DNA of 64,000 nt from Gekko japonicus (lineage: Eukaryota), in assembly GCF_001447785.1 (NCBI RefSeq), contig NW_015161427.1, positions 372,124 to 436,123 of the forward strand, read 5' to 3'. Below, piece after piece: positions 36,345-50,541 of the stretch. The position numbers and the translations under genes are program-made. The notes beneath the pieces are model-generated. The model was not told where the DNA came from and did not search any database. It saw only the letters and a list, made by a program, of their open reading frames with translations. How positions within the stretch are numbered: the first letter of the stretch is position 1; every line of letters begins with the position of its first letter.

Positions 36345-36850
36345 TAAGAACATAAGAGAAGCCAACGTTGGATCAGGCCAGCGGCCCATCCAGTCCAACA
36401 CAATGTCACACAGCGGCCAAAAGTACCAGGTGTCCTCAGGAGGTCCACCAGTGGGGCCAGGACACTAGAAGCCCCCCCCCCCCCAAGAAGACAGAGCATC
36501 CCTTGCCCCAGACCGAGAGTTCCTATAAGAACCTAAGAGAAGCCAATGTTGGATCAGGCCAGTGGCCCATCCAGTCCAACACTCTGTGTCACACAGGGGC
36601 CACAAATACCAGGTGCCATCAGGAGGTCCAGCAGTGGGGCCAGGACACTAGAAGCCCCTCACTGCCCCCCCCCAAAAACCCCCAAGAATACAGAGCATCA
36701 CTTGTCCCAGACCGAGAGTTCCTATCTATACCATGTGGCTCATAGCCACCAATGGACCTCTGCTCCATATGCTTATCTAATTCCCTCTTGAAGCCATCCA
36801 GGCTTCTAGCCGCCACCACCACCTCCTCCTGTGGCAGTGAATTCCATGCA
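36345..36850 (-). mobile_element. Two tandem CR1 3'-end fragments (36345-36525, 36526-36850)
   Basis: Each begins taagaac(a/c)taagagaagccaa; the second includes the ORF2 end WNSLPQEEVVVAARSLDGFKRELDKHMEQRSIGGY. Confidence 0.88.
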
Positions 36851-37309
36851 TTATAATCAACCTTTGGGTTATGTGGTGGAGACCAGAGAAGGCTGTCCTT
36901 TGTCGCCAGTGAAGTCCAGGTCCCAAAGCCGTGCCCAGTTTTAAACCCCCCCCCCCCAAAAAAAACCCCACATGCCTCAGGTCCCACATAGATTTGGGTC
37001 AGAAAAATGGTATTTGCAATTTGTCCTGCCACATGCAACAGAAAGAGCCTCCTTTTCCAAACCTTCTATGGAAAGTGTGGAGGGGCCTCTCTTCTATCCC
37101 GGATACGAACCTGAGGCCAGTCTTCTGGGGAAGCTTGAAAACCACAGCAGCTCCACCACCACTTAAAGGACCCCGTCCCCTACTTTTTCTTTGGTATTTT
37201 TTGGGTGTGTGTGCGTGTGTGCGCACGCGCACACCTGGAAGTCACGGCAACCTCTGGTGACTGAGTGACCCCTGCTGGGGGCCTGGAGGATATTCAGAAA
37301 GGTGGCTGA

Positions 37310-37427
37310 ATAAGGCCTGCCCCTGCCTCCTGGTGGCTGGTATTCCAAGAAGGTCTCCCATCCAAGTACTTGCCGGCGTCAACCCTGCTTAGCTTCCGAG
37401 ATTGGGCTTGCCTGGGCTACCCCGGTC
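37310..37427 (-). mobile_element. 5S rRNA-derived SINE fragment
   Basis: ggtctcccatccaagtact...ccctgcttagcttccgagat. Confidence 0.8.
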
Positions 37428-37631
37428 CAGTGTTCCCTCTAAGCTGAGTTAGTGTGAGCTAGCTCATGGTTTTTGAGCCTCCGGCTCAGACATTTTTGTC
37501 TTAGATCAGGAAGGAGGGCTCCAGGGCAAACTAATTTATGCAGTAGCCGAATCTCTCGCTCACAACTTTAATGCCAGTAGCTCACAAAGTAGGATTTTTG
37601 CTCACAAGACAACAGCTTAGAGGGAACATTG
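37428..37631. mobile_element. hAT-type MITE copy
   Basis: Both TIRs; abuts a 5S-derived SINE head. Confidence 0.9.
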
Positions 37632-39269
37632 GGGGCCCGGTCCCATTCTTAAGTGAGCTGTTATCCCCCTGCAAGGAGGCCTGTTCAGCTGTGGAGAAGA
37701 GAGGACGAGCAGAGTGGTGGGCAATCTACAAGTGGCAGAGTGTTCTTTGCTAAAGGATACCACCGCCTGCAATGAAAAGGCCACTAGACACACGCACAAA
37801 GGCGGGCACCAGCACTCCAGCCGTGCCGTGCCCCTTTGCGGCACAGTCCGTGGCACCAAAGCAGGACGTTTTCTCGGGACTTGCCGCAGAATGGACCACC
37901 TCCGTGGGCATGGGGGTGCACGGCTGGCTCTCCCAGATGTTGGCAGGGGCTCACTGTAAAGGAAACTGGGCCACCGGCCACGGGAGGGCGTGATGCCCTA
38001 TCCGTCTACGGCGCCTTCAGAAGAAACAAGCCAGAATCAGGAGAGGCTCCGGCCAGGAGACTCAGGCAGTGGCGCCTCTCTGCCTGGAGGCCGGAAGAAG
38101 AGGCTCTTGCCAACATGATGAGCGGTGGGGGGTGGGGGGGAAGGAATGTGTGTTTGTGGAGGGTAAGAACCAATGTGACTTGAGTTGACCAACACAGATT
38201 GTCCACCAGGGAGCTAAAGGGCATTTCTGTGCCATAAGTAGGTCAGAGGCCGGACAGAAAACGGTCCAGATAACCTAGTTTGTCCATAAATACCTGCCAC
38301 TCTTTCAGGTGTTTTGTCTCAGAACCAAACCAGAATGTGCCAAGAGGCTGAAAGCTGCCTTTTTGAACCAGGGCACCGCAGCAGGACGGTGGTCTCGTGT
38401 CTCTGCTCCAGGAGGCAGGGAGGGAGACGCCTCTTCTGGCAGGAAGGTGGGTTCCCGGGGCCAGCGGAGGGTGGGACGCCTCTCTCCCAAGCCTTTTGTC
38501 CACACCCTGAGGCCAGGCCAACTGAACAGCATCTGTTAAAACATAAAACTGTTTTACGACTGTTTTCTCTCTCTCTGTGAACTTTGTCTACTTTATGCTG
38601 TCCCGTCCCACCCTGACAGTTTCTCCCACAGGAGGGGGGGCCTCTGCCTGGAGCTGCACGGAGCTCTGTGCTGCAGCGTGGGTGCATGGGCCCGTGGCCT
38701 GGGCCACGTATGGTTCAGCGCCAACCATAGGAGAGAGCACTGAAAGGGAAGCTCTCCCTTCCGGACCCAGACCGGGCAGAGCTTCCAGGAGAAGATAACA
38801 GTTGCCTCTGCTCCAGGTGGCACGGGGACGGGGCATGCAGCCAGCCCTCGGCCAGTGGGAATTCAACCCACTCCAGTGCGACTCTCAACCCCACTGGGAG
38901 GCAGCGGCTGCCATCCGGGGAGCGTGATGCCCGCAGGCCCCTGCCCTGGCACTGCACCGGGCCAGAGGGCAATGACCACCAGCAGCAGAAGCGGCAGGAG
39001 GCAGCCAAAGCCCCGTGACGGCACCAAAGCTCTGAGGAGAGACCAGCATGGGGAACCCGGAGGCTGCTGGCTACACTGGGCCCTGCCCCCCCCCCCAAAT
39101 CTGGGCTCAGTGATGGGGACAGGGAGGGAAAGGCCGCACTCCTCCTCTGGGGCTCCTGTTCCTCCTGAACTTCGCGCCTGGTCCCTGCCCACCCGCTGGT
39201 CTGTGCAGAGGTCAATCAGCCACAATCAGGCAAGAAAAGAGCAAGAGTCCCGGAGCAGCTTAAGGACTT

Positions 39270-39560
39270 AACAAAATTCGTGGTACATCCAGGTGGGGGC
39301 AGCCGTGTTGGTCTGAAGCAACAGAACAAAGTCTGAGTCCAGTCCAAGGGGCACCCTTAAGACCAGCCAAGTTTTGTTGAAGGGATGAGCTTTCGTGTGC
39401 ACCCCACACTTCCTGGGATACATTGAAGTGGAAGATAAGACTCCATACATATAGGCAGACAGTGAACAGCAAATTAGCATACAACATGAGATGTTTTAAC
39501 AGATGCAAAGACCGATCAGGAGTAACAAGCTAATTTGAAACGGTCACCATTTGTTTGGAT
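39270..39560. mobile_element. Penelope-like terminal fragment
   Basis: gtgttggtctgaagcaacagaacaaag...ttaagaccagccaagttt...gagctttcgtgtgc. Confidence 0.65.
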
Positions 39561-39569
39561 TTAATTACG

Positions 39570-40900
39570 CCCCCCCCTCCCTCCTGGCGGGACGCTAAGA
39601 GTGAATCACGGCGATCCTGTTGTTGCCGACCCCTCGGCAGTCCACCACTAAGGATCCATTTAGGCGCTGGCTGCGGGAAGGCCCGGGGCTCGGCGGGGGG
39701 CCAGGCGAGGGGGATGCGCGCGGCCCCGCTCCCTCCGGGGTCTGCCGCCGGGCGGGTGGGTAGCCGGGCGGGCGGGCGTTCAGTAGCGCGGCGGCCGCTG
39801 CCCTTTGCCTCCCCTGTTGACGCTTCTTATCAGCAGCCGCGGCGCCCGGCCTTGGCCCTGCCGGCGAGCAGAGCTGCCTGCCTGGCTCCGGCTGCGCAAA
39901 CACTGCAGGCCTCGCCGGGACCTCTGCGGCAGCGCCGACGCCAGGAGAACGGGGGGGGGGGGGGGGAGGGGGGCCCCGGCGNNNNNNNNNNNNNNNNNNN
40001 NNNNNNNNNNNNNNNNNNNNNNNNNNNNNNNNNNNNNNNNNNNNNNNNNNNNNNNNNNNNNNNNNNNNNNNNNNNNNNNNNNNNNNNNNNNNNNNNNNNN
40101 NNNNNNNNNNNNNNNNNNNNNNNNNNNNNNNNNNNNNNNNNNNNNNNNNNNNNNNNNNNNNNNNNNNNNNNNNNNNNNNNNNNNNNNNNNNNNNNNNNNN
40201 NNNNNNNNNNNNNNNNNNNNNNNNNNNNNNNNNNNNNNNNNNNNNNNNNNNNNNNNNNNNNNNNNNNNNNNNNNNNNNNNNNNNNNNNNNNNNNNNNNNN
40301 NNNNNNNNNNNNNNNNNNNNNNNNNNNNNNNNNNNNNNNNNNNNNNNNNNNNNNNNNNNNNNNNNNNNNNNNNNNNNNNNNNNNNNNNNNNNNNNNNNNN
40401 NNNNNNNNNNNNNNNNNNNNNNNNNNNNNNNNNNNNNNNNNNNNNNNNNNNNNNNNNNNNNNNNNNNNNNNNNNNNNNNNNNNNNNNNNNNNNNNNNNNN
40501 NNNNNNNNNNNNNNNNNNNNNNNNNNNNNNNNNNNNNNNNNNNNNNNNNNNNNNNNNNNNNNNNNNNNNNNNNNNNNNNNNNNNNNNNNNNNNNNNNNNN
40601 NNNNNNNNNNNNNNNNNNNNNNNNNNNNNNNNNNNNNNNNNNNNNNNNNNNNNNNNNNNNNNNNNNNNNNNNNNNNNNNNNNNNNNNNNNNNNNNNNNNN
40701 NNNNNNNNNNNNNNNNNNNNNNNNNNNNNNNNNNNNNNNNNNNNNNNNNNNNNNNNNNNNNNNNNNNNNNNNNNNNNNNNNNNNNNNNNNNNNNNNNNNN
40801 NNNNNNNNNNNNNNNNNNNNNNNNNNNNNNNNNNNNNNNNNNNNNGGGGGGCGGCAGGCAAGGGGCTGTGCCAGGCTCAGCCGTCCCGCGTGGCTTTTCC
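39570..40900 (+). promoter_or_regulatory. IDH2 CpG island and probable promoter; exon 1 inferred to lie in the N-gap 39982-40845
   Basis: CpG-dense flank with GC boxes (gggcgg) about 1.4-1.7 kb upstream of exon 2; no IDH2 targeting-peptide exon seen in the called sequence. Confidence 0.65.
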
Positions 40901-40941
40901 AGCCAGGGCTCTCTGGCCACAAGACCCTGCTGCTGGAGCTC

Positions 40942-41498
<557 letters not shown>

Positions 41499-43291
41499 TA
41501 GGCAGGGAAGGCTATCTTGTCCAGCCGCCGGCAGTGTTGCAATCTGCTGCCTCGGAGGGTCAAACAAACAGGCCACAGAGGGCAAGGCCTTCTCCGGAGG
41601 CTGCCTCCTAGCGCCAGGATGCGGACAACGTTGGCACTCTCTCTGGAAATCCCCTTTAGTCACCATGGCTAGCTGCTAGTAGCCATGGGTGGACCTCTCC
41701 TCTCTGAAGCTGTCTTTGGAAACAGTCTGTGTTCACGTCAACTGGCCACGTGTGCCACAATTTAAGGACTCGTTGAGGGAAAAAACGTTCCTGTGGACCC
41801 TTCTGAATCTACTGCCCGCCCACTTCACTGGGTGCCCCCCCCCAAGTCCTAGTTCCAGCCCTTGCGTAATTCCGCGAATGTCCGTCTCCCTTCCCCCCCC
41901 CCGAGGGTTTTTCCCCCAGTGGGACCCCCTCCGGAGCCTTTCCTCATGGGACGGGCGCGCCAGCCCCTTCCTCCTCGTGGCTGCGCTCTCCCGGTACTTT
42001 TTCCTGCTCTGCAGTATCTTTTTTTGGGGCCACGGCTCCCAGAAGGGCACCCAGGAAGAGGGATCCCGCTATTTCCTGCACGGAGCACGGGGTCCCCTCC
42101 CTCTGTCCTCCCTGCCCCTTCACCCCCCCCCCGGGCAAACTGGGTTCCAGAGTTGCAGGACCTGCCTGGAGGAGGGGAGGCACAGAGGAACGGCTCTGTG
42201 CGGGCTGGGCACCCTTCCTTCCTCCTCAAGGGCGGCTTCTCTGAGGCACGGGGGTCTCACTCACTCACTCAGGCCCCCCCTTGTCCCCACGGACCCAAAC
42301 AGCTGCAGCCCTGAGAACAGCATCTCTTAGGGGCTGGAAGGGGCGTCCGGGGCGGAGGGGCAGGTGCCTTCCCCAGACCCGGAGGATCCTCTGCACACCC
42401 GGAATCCCCATGCGGCTGCCCCATCGTGAGCGTGGAGAAAGGGCATCGCCCACAGCGGCAGTTTTATTTTCAGCCTCCGCCCTCACCCTTCCTGGCGCAG
42501 GGGGCGCCTTTCTCTCCACAGTCAACCCATCGAGCTGCTCTTTCCTTCAGCAAGCCGCCACAGCTCCAGGATCTCTTTTCCTCTGTGTATGTGTGTGATA
42601 CTACGTGGAGTTAGGGCATGGCTGTCTTTTAAAATGTGCCCTCTAGGCTTGGGGAAGGTGAAGGAGGGTGGGAGCAGGGCCCCTCTGGAGGAAGGCGAAG
42701 GGGTGGGGGCTCCCCCCAGAGAGGGAGGATGGGGGGGAGGTCCAGTTGAGTGGGCTGGAGAGGGAAGGCTTCCCTGTCGCAGCTTCAGAACATCTGAAGG
42801 TATCAAGGAGGCCGCTAATAAAAACCCACCTGTGACCTTGACAACCAACAGGTGGTGCTGGAGCATCATCTGCTGGGGCAGAGCCTCTGCTTGGCACGCA
42901 GGTGGTCCCGGGTTCAATCCACAGCAGCATCTCCAGCTGAACGGACCAGGCTCTGCCCGAGACCCCAGAGAGCTGCTGCTGGTCTGAGTGGGCAGCGCTG
43001 GCCTTGAGGGACGGATGCAGGGCGAGGCCGTTTCAGGTGTCCCTCTGTCCGTTGAGAGGTTGGGGAAATTGGTCAGCCCTGCAACAGAAATGCCGTCTTG
43101 GGGGAGGGTGTGTGTGCGAATTGTGCAAGAAATTGAAATAGTTGCTGGTTGTGTGAACAGACGGGCGGGGTGTGGGCAGGGTGTAATCTCCAAGTGACCG
43201 AGACCTGCGGGTCTGGGAGCCCAGCGCCGCTGGTGGGCGGCCTGCCGATTTCTCCTTGTCCTCAGTGGCTCTCTCCTGGCTCCCCTTGCAG

Positions 43292-43457
43292 TTGATCCTG
43301 CCCAATGTGGACGTTCAGCTGAAGTACTTTGACCTGGGCCTGCCCTACCGGGACAAGACCGGTGACCAGGTCACCATCGACTCTGCCCTGGCCACTCAGA
43401 AGTACAGCGTGGCCGTCAAGTGCGCCACCATCACCCCTGACGAGGCACGCGTGGAAG
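43292..43457 (+). CDS. IDH2: IDH2 exon 3
   Basis: [18 protein letters not shown]...[16 protein letters not shown]; 166 nt. Confidence 0.97.
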
Positions 43458-43577
43458 GTAGGGCTGCGCACCGCCTGTAGGCTGACCCCTCGTCCCAAGA
43501 GCTGGGCGATCCGGCCAGTCGGGAGCAAAGCTGGTGCCTCACAGGGGGGTGCTTGGAGAGCGAGGAACTCTCGGTGA

Positions 43578-44009
<432 letters not shown>

Positions 44010-44169
44010 TAAGTGGAAACTTATTGGTGGTTTGGGAGCAGGATGGGATGTACAGTGAACCCATGTGCATATATTCCCCGCTCCCCCGGGCACCATTTGA
44101 TGGGGTGGGGGTGGACTGGTCTGCCTCCCTTCACATCTTAGAAGCCAAAAATGAGAGATCACGGGAGGA

Positions 44170-44892
44170 AGTGGAAATCCAACAACACATGATTCACACT
44201 TGGAATTCACTGCCACAGGAGGTGGTGGCGGCTACAATCATGGACGGCTTCAAGAGGGAATTAGATAAGCATATGGAGCAGAGGTCCATCGGTGGCTATT
44301 AGCCACAAGGTATAGATAGGGATTCTGGGGCAAGGGATGCTCTACATTCTTGGTGCCGGGGGGGGGGCAAGAGTGGGAGGTTCTTCTAGTGTCCTGGCCC
44401 CACTGCTGGACCTCCTGATGGCATCTGGTATTTTTGGCCACTGTGTGACAGAGTGTTGGACTGGATGGGCCACTGGCCTGATCCAACATTGGCTTCTCTT
44501 ATGTTCTTATGTTAACAATATTCATGACAAAAATAATAAAGTCAATGAAGATATGTGGCAAGATCATTTACTGTAGGAATTCTGTAGAAAATTCTCTTCT
44601 ATTATCGCTCACACGCTAACGAATGCTGTGCAATGTAAACAATTCGTTTCACAACATTTGCTTTATCTGAGCGTGTAGAAATCACAATTCTTATCAATTA
44701 CTACTTATTGATTCTTGAAGGAAACATTCCATGTTGACCCTCTAAGAACAGAACCCAAGGTCTTCATTAGCATTCGTTAGCGTGTGAGCGATAATAGAAG
44801 ATAATTTTCTACAGAATCACTACAGTAAATGATTTTGCAACATATCTTTACTGACTCTTCATTATTTTGGTCACGGATGTTGTTGGATTCCC
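44170..44892. mobile_element. AT-rich palindromic, non-autonomous DNA-transposon-like element interrupted by a CR1 fragment
   Basis: Arms 44514-44627 and 44769-44886 are reverse complements; the left tip gaaatccaacaaca lies before the CR1 at about 44174. Confidence 0.7.
44190..44513 (+). mobile_element. CR1 3'-end fragment
   Basis: TWNSLPQEVVAATIMDGFKRELDKHMEQRSIGGY-stop, 3'UTR and ttatgttcttatgtt tail; near-identical to 22975-23296. Confidence 0.92.
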
Positions 44893-45161
44893 TTCACATC
44901 TGGACATATGTGTTTATGGCCTGAACGGGAGTGGTGGTGGTGGCAGCCCCCGCGTCTCTCTGACCACCCCAGACACGTTTGCTGCAGCCAAGATAACGTG
45001 TGCTGATGGAAGCAGATTGGCTCCATTGCACCAATGTGTGTAGTTTTGACCTTTTCTTCAGAACCCAGTATTTGATTTTTTACAATAATGTTGGCATTAA
45101 TTAAATGAGGAAACGAAAGGTGGCTGAAATCCAGCCCGTAGGGATGGCCATGAGTCTGTTT

Positions 45162-45402
45162 GAGAGCCAGTTGGGTGCAGCGGTTAAGAGCAGTGGACTC
45201 TGATCTGGAGAGCCGGGTTTGATTCCCCGCTCCTCTTCTACATGCAGCCAGCTGGGTGACCTTGGGTCAGTCACAGTTCTCTCAGCCCCACCTTCCTCAC
45301 AGGGTGTCTGTTGTGAGGAGAGGAAAGGAAAGCAGATTGTAAGCCATTCAGAGACTCCTTTGGGTAGTGAAGGGCCATGGGGTATAAAACCAACTCTTCT
45401 TC
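45162..45402 (+). mobile_element. Squam3-like SINE
   Basis: tRNA head, body, (ctt)n tail. Confidence 0.85.
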
Positions 45403-45657
45403 TGGGCACTTGCCTGGGTAGGTTAGAGACTCGTTTGTGGTGTAATGGAAACAGAGATTCTCTGGTGTTCGCATTCAGCACAATATTCCGGGGGACGAGA
45501 ACTAGTTCTGGGTATGAAGACAGTTTTGGAGTTGGGCAGTGATGGGGGGAGATTTTAGAAGGCAAGCCGTGGGGCGAACTGGGGGTGGGCTGGGGTAGAC
45601 GGAGCCCTCTGGATTGGGTGGGCTTTCCTAACCTTCGGGGGGGGTGTTGTTTTGCAG

Positions 45658-46615
<958 letters not shown>

Positions 46616-46786
46616 TAAGCCCAGCATCTCTGAGGGCCTGTGAGGGGAAGGATTTTCCGGTGTGTTTGCACCACGCGATGCAGGAAACTTTCCTCCCTCC
46701 CTCCCACCCACCCCCAGCGTGGCCCTTTCCCGCAGCATCCCAGGAGATGGAGCCCCGTATTGTGTTCCTCTTGGAGATTCCTGGGA

Positions 46787-46952
46787 GGGGCCGTGGCTCA
46801 GTGGCAGAGCATCTGCTTGGTATGCAGAAGGTCCCAGGCTCAGTCCCCAGCAGTACGAGATGTGAAAGACCTCAGCCTGAGACCCTGGAGAACTGCTCCC
46901 TGTCTGAGTAGACAAGAGTGACGTTGATGGTCCAGTTCAGTAGAAGGCAGCT
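46787..46952 (+). mobile_element. Second tRNA-derived SINE family (a more decayed copy lies at about 42870-43040)
   Basis: ggggccgtggctcagtggcagagcatctgcttggtatgcagaaggtcccagg tRNA-like head with an unrelated body. Confidence 0.7.
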
Positions 46953-46974
46953 GGTGTTCAGTCTCCCTCAGTTA

Positions 46975-47242
46975 AGAACCTCAGAAGGGCGCTGCTGGAT
47001 CAGACCAGTGAGGGTCCACCTAGTCCAGCCTCCTCTGTCTCACACAGGGGCCAGCTGGTTTCTCTGGAGGGCCAGCAACAGGGCAGAGAGACCGAGGCCT
47101 TCCCCTGATAAGAGCATCAGAAGAGCCCTGCTGGGTCAGACCAGGGAGGGTCCACCTAGTCCAGCCTCCTCTGTCTCACACAGTGGCCAACCAGTTCCTC
47201 TGGACGGCCAACAACAGGGCAGAGAGGCCGAGGCCTTCCCCC
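46975..47242 (-). mobile_element. Two tandem CR1 3'UTR fragments of an older subfamily
   Basis: A ~134-bp unit taaga..cagaag..ctgctgg.tcagaccag...gaggccttcccctga occurs twice. Confidence 0.75.
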
Positions 47243-47451
47243 TGATGTTGCCTCTAAGCTCTGGAGTCTTGTGAGCAAGAATTCTACTTTGCGAGCTACT
47301 GGCATTAACGTTGTGAGCGAGCGATCTGGCTCCTGCATGAATCAGTTTGCTCTGGAGCCCCATCCTTCCTGAGCTAAGACAAAAATGTGTGAGCCGGAGG
47401 CTAAAATACCGGTGAGCTAGTCCACACTAATTCATCTCAGAGGGAGCACTG
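47243..47451. mobile_element. hAT-type MITE copy
   Basis: Family internal sequence, degenerate TIRs. Confidence 0.85.
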
Positions 47452-47561
47452 CTTCTGGCTCTGGGATTCAGAGGTGTGGTGCCCCTGGATGTGGAGGCTC
47501 CCCTCAGTCGCCACTGGCAAACCTATCCGCCATGAGTTCTGGCATGGCTGCCTCGCCGTGA

Positions 47562-48233
<672 letters not shown>

Positions 48234-48251
48234 TGACCCTACATGCCATAG

Positions 48252-48560
<309 letters not shown>

Positions 48561-48683
48561 TAAGTCTTGTGGGGGGGGAACACTGGGGGGCCCCCTCCTC
48601 TGCGGGGCTCGGGGCAGAGGAGTGCTTCTCCCCTGCAGCCTCCTCCCTGACAAAGCCTCCCCCTCCCTTTTGCGCACCCCCAG

Positions 48684-48771
48684 TGTGAAGCTGAACGAGC
48701 ACTTTGTGAACACCACGGACTTCCTGGACGCCATCAAGAACAACCTGGACAAAGCCCTCGGCAAGCAGTAG
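48684..48771 (+). CDS. IDH2: IDH2 exon 11 (last coding exon)
   Basis: [31 protein letters not shown]. Confidence 0.96.
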
Positions 48772-49060
48772 GGGGCGCACTCCGAGGGTTTGCATGGGGG
48801 GGGCCGTGACAGAGGAAGTCCATTTACCTCATTTTTAATAGAACAAAAGCTCTGGCTGCTCTTACCTTCGACCAGGAAAACCTTTTTGGTCGTTTTTAAA
48901 GATCCCTTGTAGCTGTCCCAAGGACCCCCCCCCCGCCTCTTACTTCTGCGGACAAGGAAAGGTGGGGGGCCCCTCAGGCTGCCCCTCCTTGCTGGACAGT
49001 GACGAAGGTGATGGTTTTGTGCTGTAATTTATGTATTGTCATTTGGGCCCTGTGGTAGCA

Positions 49061-49066
49061 ATTAAA
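49061..49066 (+). terminator. Putative IDH2 polyadenylation signal ATTAAA (alternative AATAAA at 49173-49178)
   Basis: ATTAAA about 290 nt after the stop, preceded by U-rich and UGUA-containing sequence. Confidence 0.55.
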
Positions 49067-49143
49067 AACTAGTTTATCACACCCTTCTTGTTTCCTGCAA
49101 CGCGCCCCCCCCCCAGCCACTTGCAGAAGCCAAAGAATATTCA

Positions 49144-49149
49144 TTTATT
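49144..49149 (-). terminator. Putative ZNF710 polyadenylation signal AATAAA
   Basis: tttatt on the + strand, about 590 nt after the ZNF710 stop. Confidence 0.55.
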
Positions 49150-49736
49150 GCTGAACTTCTTCAGAACAGGAAAATAAACACAGTAGATCTATGCACACGG
49201 TGGGGTGGGGGGGGGAGAGACACAGACCGCTCTGTGGAGATGACACTGTGATCTAACTGGCTGGCCTGCAACCTCAGCTGCTCTGCCAGGAAAGGGGTGG
49301 GGGGGGGCAGGGGGCGCGCACTCACTCCACAAGTCTTTGGGGCAAGCCCCCTGCCCTAGTACAATAATTTTTTTCTTTTTGGTGTGGGGCAGAGGTAGTT
49401 TATAAGGGAGAGCTCCATGCCCCGACCCAGAGGCTGGAGGGTGTGTGTGTCTCGGCAGTTCTGGAGCCCGTATGGCGGACCACGTCTGCCTCGGACCCTT
49501 CCTGTAGGCTGCAGGAGGTAGCGGGACAAAGGCCCTCTCCTGCTGGAGAACAGAGCCTGGCAGAGGGGGCGCCCAGGGGCCATGCCCCAGCTCCGGTGCA
49601 GGCAGAAACTAGGCGGGCAGAGCGCCCTCTCTGCCACTCGGGAGCTCTCCCTGCTCAACGAAGCCTTCACCGGGGGCGGGGGCACTGGTGACTCCTTCCA
49701 GGCCCAGCCCCACGCACGCACGCACGCACGCACCCG

Positions 49737-49912
49737 CTACAGCATGCGGTAATAGGCCATCTCCTTCATGGCCTGCTCCGCCAGGGCCGACTCATTCGTG
49801 GGGTTCCCCCCGACCCCGTACTCATACGGATTCTCCTCGTCCTCGTAGTCCTCCATCTCCTGCGGCCCGTCCAGGTCTGTGTGGTCACCACTGGTCAGCT
49901 CCAGCATGGGGT
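49737..49912 (-). CDS. ZNF710: ZNF710 last coding exon
   Basis: DPMLELTSGDHTDLDGPQEMEDYED...LAEQAMKEMAYYRML-TAG; ctgcag| acceptor, phase 1. Confidence 0.93.
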
Positions 49913-50083
49913 CTGCAGCAGGGGTGGGGGAGAGGGTAAGCAAGGGGCCGCAACTGGCCGCGGAGTCCCAGTGGAGCCATACAAGCCCCGGGATGGCCTG
50001 CAGGGGGAGCCACCGCACTGCAGCTCCACCCTGCAAGGCTCTCCGGGGGGGGGGGGCTCTCCTCCCTCCCTCCCAGCACCCAC

Positions 50084-50258
50084 CTTGGCTGTCCAGGCTG
50101 ACGTCCATCACCCCGTGCTTGACCTTCATGTGACGGCTGAGGTTGCCCTTCAGGTTGAACTTGCTGGAGCAGTAAGGGCACTTGAAGGGCTTGCTGCCCG
50201 CGTGGAGGTGCATGTGGCCCAGGAGGTTATACATACGGTTGAAAGATTTCCCGCACAC
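50084..50258 (-). CDS. ZNF710: ZNF710 coding exon (last C2H2 fingers)
   Basis: VCGKSFNRMYNLLGHMHLHAGSKPFKCPYCSSKFNLKGNLSRHMKVKH; 175 nt. Confidence 0.95.
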
Positions 50259-50541
50259 CTGCGGGGGGGGGGGGGGGGGGGGGGGGGGGAGAAGAAGCAG
50301 ACAGGAGCCTAGGCTTGCCTCTGAAGTGCGAGGGACTTCAGACCAGCAAGTGCCTCTGCTGACGACCCCCCCCCCCAGCTCCCCCAGTATTGGTCTGAGT
50401 TCAAATTCCAGCCCAGCCACCAGGACAAGCCGTGACGAGAATCCAAGGACATGGGCTACAGGGGGCACACATCGTTCATCGTTGGGGGGCTTGTGCTGGC
50501 TTCCAGAGGCAAGCCGATCTCACCCCAAGTGGTCCCTGGCC

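Noticed and set aside
38863-39225. Signal-peptide-like hydrophobic stretch on the minus strand
   Set aside because: No in-frame ATG or supporting downstream exon
46787-46860. tRNA gene
   Set aside because: Degenerate T-arm and no acceptor-stem closure; continues into a SINE body
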